Assembly: GCA_943354475.1 (NCBI GenBank)
Contig: CALRBT010000001.1
Span: 23,807-87,806 of the forward strand
Length of the DNA: 64,000 nt
Direction: 5' to 3'
DNA from: Parcubacteria group bacterium
GTDB taxonomy: Bacteria > Patescibacteriota > Minisyncoccia > Phycocordibacterales > CALRBT01
How positions within the stretch are numbered: the stretch's first letter is position 1; each line of letters begins with the position of its first letter. The translations under genes were made by a program, and so were the position numbers. Of this stretch, positions 1 to 6,813 are shown piece by piece. Below the pieces are notes generated by a model. It did not search any database, was not told where the DNA came from, and saw nothing but the letters and a program-made list of their open reading frames with translations.

Positions 1-17
1 CGCACTTGTTTTCATAT

Positions 18-92
18 CGCGGGATAGAGCAGCAGTAGCTCGTCAGGCTCATAACCTGAAGGTCGTTGGTGCAAATCCAACTCCCGCAACCA
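18..92 (+). tRNA. tRNA-fMet (CAT), initiator
   Basis: Cloverleaf with acceptor CGCGGGA/TCCCGCA (C1:A72 mismatch), anticodon arm TCAGG-CTCATAA-CCTGA, encoded CCA; T-loop TGCAAAT. Confidence 0.93.
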
Positions 93-270
93 AATTGAAG
101 TTTTTTCCAAGCGAAGCTGAATTCATATTTTTTGTAAGCGTAGCGATCCATGCAAAAAAGTATGAATTCATGTCGCGGATATCTCGACAGAGATACAAGA
201 CAAGAAGTTACAAAAAAGCTTAAATTTGCGTCGCGGGTGTCCCGATAAGGGATACCAAGACGTAAACTGG
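93..270. repeat. Two nested copies of a two-hairpin element (family B) directly after tRNA-fMet
   Basis: TGAATTCATATTTTTTGT..CAAAAAAGTATGAATTCA-TGTCGC-hairpin-GAC lies inside an outer AATTGAAGTTTTTT..AAAAAAGCTTAAATTTG-CGTCGC-hairpin-GACGTAAACTG; homologous to 886-978. Confidence 0.65.
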
Positions 271-279
271 TTTTATGAT

Positions 280-316
280 TGAAAAACAAAAACCCCAATT
301 GGGGTTTTTGTTTTTC
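280..316. terminator. Inverted repeat, terminator-like
   Basis: GAAAAACAAAAACCCC-AATT-GGGGTTTTTGTTTTTC perfect stem. Confidence 0.7.
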
Positions 317-417
317 GTGGTTGCGGGAGTAAGAGGATTAAAAACTTTTCATTTGGAATGTATGTTGTAACATTAAGATAAGCAAATAATCCTATTTGCT
401 TGGGTGGAGTCAAGAGA

Positions 418-555
418 ATGTTCGAAGATCCTCCTGTTGCACATGAGGGTGATGATCTGGATCCCTCCAAAGGTATCGTTTGGGCGATTGAAATGTCGCT
501 GGTATTGTACGGAGTACCTTTCTTGTTTTACAGGCTCATTGGAAGCATCCTTTGA
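418..555 (+). CDS. Possible small membrane protein (45 aa)
   Basis: Own translation MFEDPPVAHEGDDLDPSKGIVWAIEMSLVLYGVPFLFYRLIGSIL; GGAG upstream, GC hairpin downstream; below ORF-track cutoff. Confidence 0.35.
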   Translation: MFEDPPVAHEGDDLDPSKGIVWAIEMSLVLYGVPFLFYRLIGSIL

Positions 556-670
556 TGCTGGATCAAAAATAGGGTCGACCGAGGCTATTGCTGAGGTCGA
601 CCCATGTTGTTTCCATACGGGACTCTAGTCATTGAAGGGATTCATTTCTTATGGTATTGTGCACGGTATT

Positions 671-744
671 GTCGGTGTAGCTCAGGTAGTTAGAGCATGG
701 CACTCATAAAGCCAAGGTCGAAGGTGCAAGTCCTTCCACCGACA
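671..744 (+). tRNA. tRNA with CAT anticodon (elongator Met or Ile2)
   Basis: GTCGGTG/CACCGAC acceptor, anticodon loop CTCATAA, T-arm GAAGG-TGCAAGT-CCTTC. Confidence 0.9.
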
Positions 745-753
745 CAAACGAAG

Positions 754-885
754 TGCGTGGGGTGGAGCAGTGTGTCTGCACACACTGCACAAGGACTTGC
801 AGGCCGGAGCATGTCGCTTCAGCGACGGCGAGGTGGGGTCGCGACCAGCGAAGCTGAGTTGTGACCAAGTCCTTCCACCGACACA
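754..885 (+). repeat. tRNA-mirror element A1
   Basis: Inverted copy of the tRNA 3' end split by hairpin GCAGTGTGT-CTGC-ACACACTGC, core GGCCGGAGC..GTGACC, then a 20-nt direct copy of the tRNA 3' end (727-746 = 866-885). Confidence 0.8.
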
Positions 886-978
886 TGAATTTGAGTTTTT
901 TGTGAATGAAATGATCCTTACAAAAAAGCTCAAATTCACGTCGCTGTTTCTCGCATAGAGAAACAGCGACGTGAACTG
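886..978. repeat. Two-hairpin element (family B)
   Basis: TGAATTTGAGTTTTTTGT..ACAAAAAAGCTCAAATTCA-CGTCGC-hairpin-GACGTGAACTG; same layout as 93-270. Confidence 0.65.
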
Positions 979-1068
979 AAGCGCGCGTGGTGGAGCAGTG
1001 TGTCTGCGCAGTAAGATTTATACACATTTTGGTTAGGTGAATACCCTGTCACGAGATATAATAAATTT

Positions 1069-1740
1069 GTGCCAGTATATAAAAAAGTAAATAAAAAGTT
1101 TTTTAAAATGTGGAGCCAGGAAATGGCATACGTACTTGGTTTTTTTGCTGCGGATGGATATATCACAGTGAACAGAAGGGGTGGACAATTTTGGTGCATA
1201 CAAATTGTTGATAAAACACTTCTCATGCAAATTAAAAAAAATATCGGTTCTGATCATAAAATTAGCGAGCGGAATCGTGGGGGAAACGAAAGCACGATAT
1301 ATCGGCTACAGATTGGCAGTATTGAGATGTGTGACGATTTACGAAAGTTAGGCTTTACCGAGAGAAAAACGAAGAGTCTGGCGGTTCCAAATGTTCCAGG
1401 GGAATATCTGGGAAGCTTCACTCGAGGATATTTTGATGGGGATGGAAATATTTGGCTTGGATATTTACACAAGGAAAGAGGTGTACCAACATTGTCTCTC
1501 CATGTAGCTTTCACTTCAGGTTCAGGAGATTTTTTAAGTACCTTACAGCTTAGATTAAGAGAGATAGGTGTACATGGTGGTAGTTTGGTGAGGCCTAAGG
1601 AAAACTACCATCGATTACAGTATGGTCTTCGTGACTCTTTGAAATTATACGAATTTATGTATAATGGCCTAGATACATCGAAATTATTCCTGAAAAGGAA
1701 AAAAGATGTATTTGAGAAGTATATACGTATGCGGCTGTAG
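1069..1740 (+). CDS. LAGLIDADG family homing endonuclease (two motifs), free-standing
   Basis: Motifs YVLGFFAADG and FTRGYFDGDG; the last codons overlap the tRNA 5' end. Confidence 0.88.
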   Translation: MPVYKKVNKKFFKMWSQEMAYVLGFFAADGYITVNRRGGQFWCIQIVDKTLLMQIKKNIGSDHKISERNRGGNESTIYRLQIGSIEMCDDLRKLGFTERKTKSLAVPNVPGEYLGSFTRGYFDGDGNIWLGYLHKERGVPTLSLHVAFTSGSGDFLSTLQLRLREIGVHGGSLVRPKENYHRLQYGLRDSLKLYEFMYNGLDTSKLFLKRKKDVFEKYIRMRL

Positions 1741-2023
1741 CTCAACGGTAGAGCACTCCCCTGTAGATATTGCAGCTTTCTGTCGAAAGGGCAGATTGAA
1801 ACTCTTTGGGATATCGGTGAAGGCTAAACTAGTCGCCAATCTGGTAACTGGCATGCGAATACCGAGGGAACCCCTCCTTACAGGGAGGGGGCGCCGTAGA
1901 GACTAGATACCGAAGCACCTACTTGTACATTCTGTACTTATGGTGAAGATATAGTCCACGCCATTATGAAAATAGTGGATAAGTGCACGGGAGAGGCCGT
2001 GGGGTCAGCACCCATCAGCCGCG
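1731..2023 (+). tRNA. tRNA-Asp (GTC) interrupted by a group I intron (exons 1731-1764 and 1986-2023)
   Basis: Joined exons give GCGGCTG/CAGCCGC acceptor, anticodon arm CTCCC-CTGTCAC-GGGAG and discriminator G73. Confidence 0.88.
1765..1985 (+). ncRNA. Group I intron (221 nt) at anticodon position 35/36
   Basis: P1 exon CTGT pairs with GCAG with the U.G pair at the 5' splice site; R element CGTAGAGACTAG (1895-1906); S element GAAGATATAGTCC (1945-1957); terminal G. Confidence 0.88.
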
Positions 2024-2080
2024 CAAAATTAAGCCCTTCAACTCAGTAGATCATTCTACTGAATGAGGGGTTTTAATTTT

Positions 2081-2233
2081 GCGCGGCTGAAGCGAGTAAA
2101 CTGCTTTACTCGCGTTGGGTGCTGACGGACGGAGCTATGTTTTGGTACCAACCAAAACGAGTGAGTCGGGGTAGCGAAATTTTCGAGCGGACGGCGAGAA
2201 AATATTCGTGACCAGCACCCATCAGCCGCGCCA
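2081..2233 (+). repeat. tRNA-mirror element A2
   Basis: GCGCGGCTGA-[GCGAGTAAA-CTGC-TTTACTCGC]-TGGGTGCTGAC (inverted Asp 3' end), core GGACGGAGC..GTGACC, direct copy CAGCACCCATCAGCCGCG+CCA. Confidence 0.82.
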
Positions 2234-2278
2234 AACAAAAATATCATAGCTTATGCTATGATATTTTTGTTTATGAGC

Positions 2279-2425
2279 TTGGCCAAAGAAAGTGAAATTT
2301 TTCACTTTCGTCCGATTTGAACAAGCGGAGCCAAGTCGCTTTAGCGACAGGCGAGCTCGGGGAGGAAGTTCTTAATGAGCGAAGCGAATTTAGAAACTTG
2401 ACCCTCAAATCCGGTTGGCCGCGCA
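2279..2425 (+). repeat. tRNA-mirror element A3 (degenerate, different tRNA 3' allele)
   Basis: GGCCA-hairpin-CCGATTTGAAC, core AGCGGAGC..GTCGC/GCGAC..CGGGG..TTGACC, then TCAAATCCGGTTGGCCGCGCA. Confidence 0.65.
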
Positions 2426-2504
2426 TAGTTTTTAAGTGTTATTTAAAGGTACGAAATCCCTTATGGAGTTAGGGACGGAGAACTGGTATAATATATGTAT
2501 ATAT

Positions 2505-2774
2505 ATGTTACAAAAACTAGGATTAGAAAGAAACCACTTTTTATTAGCATTGATACCTTGGGCAGCTGGAATAATTTCATTTCCTGTAGTTCTTTTCTTT
2601 GCTTCTCATGTGATGCTGGTTGCAGGGATTATTGTTTTAGTCGTATGTTGGGCTAAAAAAGGAGTTGGATATGCTGGAAAAGTTTTTTTGGCATTTATAA
2701 TACTAAGCATTGTTTGGTACCTGCTTAGTTACATTTTTTCATTGTTAGGATTTGGTTGGAAGGCGCTAGTCTAA
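2505..2774 (+). CDS. Small membrane protein (about 3 TM)
   Basis: Hydrophobic ORF; ATG chosen just after TATAAT (2487-2492). Confidence 0.6.
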   Translation: MLQKLGLERNHFLLALIPWAAGIISFPVVLFFASHVMLVAGIIVLVVCWAKKGVGYAGKVFLAFIILSIVWYLLSYIFSLLGFGWKALV

Positions 2775-3010
2775 TATACACACTAGTATTATTTCTTATC
2801 TCAAATCCAGTTCTAACGTCATCCACTAGTCCGCGCAAATAAAAACCGCCATTGGGCGGTTTTTGTGTGGCTGAGAAAGGTGTGGGGCACTCTCAAGTTT
2901 TTTACTTGAAGAAATAATGAGTAAAACGTTTAAGTTTACTTTTCTTTCGATTACTGTATATTTCAGCCAGATAGGTATCAGATACTCGGGGAAAACAAGG
3001 AGGATACATA

Positions 3011-3547
3011 ATGTCTGCTCCAAAAGAACTTGCGTCAAATGTTGTAGAAGTAGAATTTTTCTTTATTGATCCATCAAATTTGTCGCTAAAGGAATTTTCT
3101 AGCCAAGCCGTAAACCGGTTAGAAGACGGTGCTCATTTGCAGAAGACGATCAGGTTCTACGATACGCATAGTCTTATTAGCCAACTTGTTGTTAAGTATA
3201 ATGAAGAAAATAACCGTCACGCCCAACTACTTGATAAAATTTTGGCAGTAGGTTTTTGGAGAAGAAAAATTATCTGTTGGCAAGCAGGTAAAAAATTGGA
3301 AGCATGTGTGCAGATACGTGAAAGGCTCCATCGTTTAATTGTATTCCAATTAATGACGGCAATTCGCATCTCGCCAGTCATTGCAATAGAGAGTAATACT
3401 GGTCGGTCGTTTCGGATGATCGAAGGAAATGAATTATACGAATTAGCCACTTCAGTAGAGAAGTCTGTAAGATGTTGGGTCTTTGTATTTCCACCAAACG
3501 ATACTTTACTGTTTGATGGAATTGAAATGCTGGGGTCTGTAATGTAG
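3011..3547 (+). CDS. Hypothetical protein
   Basis: 178-aa ORF with strong SD AAGGAGG, followed by a GC hairpin. Confidence 0.65.
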   Translation: MSAPKELASNVVEVEFFFIDPSNLSLKEFSSQAVNRLEDGAHLQKTIRFYDTHSLISQLVVKYNEENNRHAQLLDKILAVGFWRRKIICWQAGKKLEACVQIRERLHRLIVFQLMTAIRISPVIAIESNTGRSFRMIEGNELYELATSVEKSVRCWVFVFPPNDTLLFDGIEMLGSVM

Positions 3548-3556
3548 GTATTGGTC

Positions 3557-3587
3557 TGCCACCGTTCGCGTAAGCGAACGGTGGCAT
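3557..3587 (+). terminator. GC-rich hairpin
   Basis: TGCCACCGTTCGC-GTAA-GCGAACGGTGGCA. Confidence 0.55.
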
Positions 3588-3852
3588 TGTGGTTTATGGG
3601 TTTAGGGGGGTAAAGAGAACTCGCAAAATATACATTTTTCTGATATTGTTTTTTGGCGACATCCTTGGAGCTGAACTAGGATGCCGTGTGCCGAGTGTGG
3701 GTCGTGGCTAGAGCCAACAAACCCTTGCGGCCGTATCGGTCACCGGAACTCATCTCTCCCTTGACCGATCCCCACCACGACCCACACACCGTCAAACAGC
3801 TTTTGATCTTTGTTCTAGTACCAGAGGATCATGATTTTTGATCCTCGAATTA

Positions 3853-3925
3853 GCCAATGTAGCTCAGTTGGTAGAGCACGTCCTTGGTAAGGACGAGGTC
3901 TCCGGTTCAATCCCGGACATTGGCT
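3853..3925 (+). tRNA. tRNA-Thr (GGT)
   Basis: Canonical cloverleaf, CGTCC-TTGGTAA-GGACG. Confidence 0.95.
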
Positions 3926-3969
3926 CCGCAAAAACATACTTAATTTGATTCTGTAGTAGAATAGAGTAA

Positions 3970-5067
3970 ATGCAAACAAGACTTATTCTGTTAGTGATTT
4001 CGTTTGTCTCAATGGTGGTAATTCTGACCAGCGCTTCTTATTTACACGCACATCGTCTTGAAGCTACCTTGATAAACTATAGACAAGCTAATAAAGAAAT
4101 TACACAGCCTCAGCTAAAGAAAGAAAAAATTTCTCAAAACGAAGGGGATATCTCACTTATTGCGGTTGGGGATATTATGTTATCGAGAATTGTTGCAAGT
4201 AAGATAAAGACCAACAAAGATCCTTACTATCCTTTTTTAAACACCACAGATTATTTAAGAGATGCTGACATCACCTTTGGGAATCTTGAAAATCCCATAA
4301 CCGCAGGTCGAGCCATTGAAGTACATGAAATGGTTTTTCATGCCGATCCTGGTATGGAAAAGGTGCTTGGGGACGTTGGGTTTGACGTACTCTCGCTTGC
4401 CAACAACCATTCACCAAACTTTGGAGCAAAAGGATTGATTGATACTTTTAGCTATTTAGACCAGGTTGGTGTTCTGCACCCTGGTGCAGGCAAAACTTCC
4501 AAAGAGGCAAACTCGCCGGTGTACATTACTCGCAAAGGCAAGACCTTTGCATTTCTTGCATATAACGATCCTGATGTAGTACCAAAGGAATATGAAGCGA
4601 CTGAAAAAAGAGCGGGAACGGCTTTTATGAGAAGTGAGAAAATGATTGAATCGGTAAAAGAGGCAAAACAAAAAGCAGATTTTGTTATCGTCTCAATCCA
4701 CTCTGGTAAAGAGTACACAAAGATTCCAAATACATCGCAAACCAATTTTGCACACAAAGCAATCGATGCAGGGGCTGAAATGGTTATCGGACATCACCCT
4801 CACGTTATCCAATCGGTTGAGAAGTATAATGGAAAATATATTTTGTACAGTTTGGGCAATTTTGTTTTTGATCAGAGGTGGGAAGAAACCAAGCTTGGTT
4901 TATCTGCGAAAATATTTTTTAACGAACAAGGGGTTAGAGAGATTTCATTTTTTCCGATTATGATTCGAGATTTTTCTCAACCAGAAATACTGAAAGGGGA
5001 AATTGCAACCAAAACTCTAGAGCGACTAGGTGAGCCGTTTGCACAGGGCTCGATTATTGTTCAGTAA
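3970..5067 (+). CDS. CapA family metallophosphatase-fold protein
   Basis: AVGDIML, GNLE, SLANNH, GHHPHV and YSLGNFVFD motifs; N-terminal TM. Confidence 0.9.
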   Translation: MQTRLILLVISFVSMVVILTSASYLHAHRLEATLINYRQANKEITQPQLKKEKISQNEGDISLIAVGDIMLSRIVASKIKTNKDPYYPFLNTTDYLRDADITFGNLENPITAGRAIEVHEMVFHADPGMEKVLGDVGFDVLSLANNHSPNFGAKGLIDTFSYLDQVGVLHPGAGKTSKEANSPVYITRKGKTFAFLAYNDPDVVPKEYEATEKRAGTAFMRSEKMIESVKEAKQKADFVIVSIHSGKEYTKIPNTSQTNFAHKAIDAGAEMVIGHHPHVIQSVEKYNGKYILYSLGNFVFDQRWEETKLGLSAKIFFNEQGVREISFFPIMIRDFSQPEILKGEIATKTLERLGEPFAQGSIIVQ

Positions 5068-5156
5068 TAGATTACATAGAAAAAACGAAAAGCACGGATT
5101 CGTTTTCGGCGCGCGCAGAGCGCGCGCCTGAAACGATACCGTGCTCCTAAGTAAAC

Positions 5157-5447
5157 TCAATCGGCGTCGGGAAGTTGATATGGTATGCGTGGTTCGCGCA
5201 TAGCCTGGTCATATTCATCCAATGGATCGGTTCTGCCCGTTTCGGGAGGAACTAGCAGTACCACCTTCTCGCCACCTGTTCCGAGAGAATCCCTCAGGTC
5301 ATCAGACCCGTCTCCACTTGGGCCAACTCCAATTCCACTTGGTGAGACAGGTGATTTTTTGAGAGAATCTCCTGGCTGTTTCCCGCAGACATCGAAACCA
5401 AAACGGTCCATCGTTCGTTTTCTCCACATAGAACTTATCCAGCCCAT
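5157..5447 (-). CDS. Hypothetical protein
   Basis: 96-aa ORF with an upstream leader/attenuator-like structure and a long downstream hairpin (about 5090-5145). Confidence 0.45.
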   Translation of the reverse strand: MGWISSMWRKRTMDRFGFDVCGKQPGDSLKKSPVSPSGIGVGPSGDGSDDLRDSLGTGGEKVVLLVPPETGRTDPLDEYDQAMREPRIPYQLPDAD

Positions 5448-5552
5448 CTTCGTCCAATTTGTCCACGACCGGTTCGTGCGACAGATTGTTCGGATGCTGG
5501 TGTAAGGAAACTAATTTTGAGTTTATTTCCTTATATCAGAACCTGAAACTAA

Positions 5553-5720
5553 CAAGACCCCATTTTGGTGGGGTCTTGCGGTTTGTGGTGAAATTTAAGT
5601 TATAAGTTTACCAACGCGCAAGACCCCGACTAAAGTATCGGGTAATCCATACAAAGACGTATGAAATTTGCGCTTGATGTAACATATATATAACTTACTC
5701 TCAGTGTCCGTTGGTGTCAA
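5553..5720 (-). promoter_or_regulatory. Promoter, leaderless 25-aa uORF (5685-5608) and terminator/antiterminator
   Basis: TTGACA-17 nt-TAAGTT, ATG 7 nt later; GGGGTCTTGCG in the uORF can pair with CGCAAGACCCC, the 5' arm of hairpin 5553-5578. Confidence 0.55.
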
Positions 5721-5800
5721 GTAACCTATGGTGTGGAAAAAAAAGATCAATCTCACAGCTTCCTTTGGGGGTAGAATTTTGATAAGGTGTGTTGGTGTTA

Positions 5801-5873
5801 GCCAGAGTAGCTCAGTTGGCAGAGCATTTCACTCGTAACGAAAAGGTCGGCGGTCCGATTCCGCCCTCTGGCT
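5801..5873 (+). tRNA. tRNA-Thr (CGT)
   Basis: GCCAGAG/CTCTGGC acceptor, loop CTCGTAA, T-loop TCCGATT. Confidence 0.9.
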
Positions 5874-5874
5874 C

Positions 5875-6759
5875 ATGGAAAAAGAAAAAATACAAAAACG
5901 AATTACAGAAATCGAGGCGATGATGTCGGAAGGGAATTTCTGGCAGGATAAAGTCTTGGCGCAATCTCTAGTTAGAGAAATCCAAGAACTCAAAGAGCTC
6001 GAATTAACTGGCGGTGAAGGTGGGAAGTATGACAGAGGCGACGCTATTATCACCATCTTCTCAGGCGCAGGTGGGGATGACTCCGAAGATTTTTCTCGCA
6101 TCCTTCTTGAGATGTATCAGAAATACTTTCGCAAGAAGAATTGGGATGTTCGGGTAATCCATAGCAACGAGAATGACCACGGTGGGTATCGCAACATTAC
6201 TATTGAAATCCACGGTCGCGGTGTCTACGGCACAATCAAACACGAGTCTGGAGTGCATCGTCTGGTGCGCATCTCACCCTTTAATGCTAAGAAGCTTCGA
6301 CACACTTCGTTCTCGATGGTCGAGGTTATTCCAAAATTTGAAAAAGTAGATGAGTTCGTTATTCCTGAAGATGAGATTGAGGTAACGATGGCACGCTCGA
6401 GTGGTCCTGGAGGACAAAATGTTAATAAACGCGAGACTGCTGTCCGTATGGTGCATTTGCCAACCAAACTCTCGGTTCATGTCGAATCAGAACGCTCGCA
6501 GGCACAGAACAAAGAGAAAGCGCTTGAAATCCTCGGTGCCAAAATATATCGACTTCAAGAGGACGAGCGAATTGCAAAAGAGAAAGGAATGTATATCAGT
6601 AAAACAACCGACGCAGCGTGGGGAAATCAGATACGCTCCTATGTAACCCATCCGTACAAAATGGTCAAAGATCACCGAACCAATGTTGAGGTGAACAACG
6701 TAGAGAAAGTGTTTGACGGAGAAATCGATGAATTCATCGAAGCAGAAAAAGCTTTATAA
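5875..6759 (+). CDS. prfB: Peptide chain release factor 2 (short, no frameshift)
   Basis: SPF motif (RISPFN), GGQNVN, WGNQIRSYV. Confidence 0.93.
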   Translation: MEKEKIQKRITEIEAMMSEGNFWQDKVLAQSLVREIQELKELELTGGEGGKYDRGDAIITIFSGAGGDDSEDFSRILLEMYQKYFRKKNWDVRVIHSNENDHGGYRNITIEIHGRGVYGTIKHESGVHRLVRISPFNAKKLRHTSFSMVEVIPKFEKVDEFVIPEDEIEVTMARSSGPGGQNVNKRETAVRMVHLPTKLSVHVESERSQAQNKEKALEILGAKIYRLQEDERIAKEKGMYISKTTDAAWGNQIRSYVTHPYKMVKDHRTNVEVNNVEKVFDGEIDEFIEAEKAL

Positions 6760-6813
6760 AGTAAGACAGAAATCAGCTTGTTTTAATGTACGTTACGCTA
6801 TAAAATATAAAGA

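Noticed and set aside
682-1257. Overlapping short ORFs (682-939, 704-1027, 770-958, 936-1226, 1033-1257)
   Set aside because: They overlap a tRNA, palindromic elements or the endonuclease antisense strand, and show no protein-like motifs.
1639-1665. TTGAAA..TATAAT promoter for tRNA-Asp inside the endonuclease gene
   Set aside because: The spacer is only 15 nt and AT-rich sequence gives such matches by chance; plausible but unsupported.
1731-2023. Reading the split tRNA as tRNA-Ala(TGC) with the intron after U33
   Set aside because: There is no G3:U70, the discriminator is G, and the P1 U.G pair places the splice site after CTGT, which gives the canonical Asp loop CTGTCAC.
1706-2247. ORFs 1706-1906 and 2056-2247
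   Set aside because: They are translations of the intron and the mirror element.
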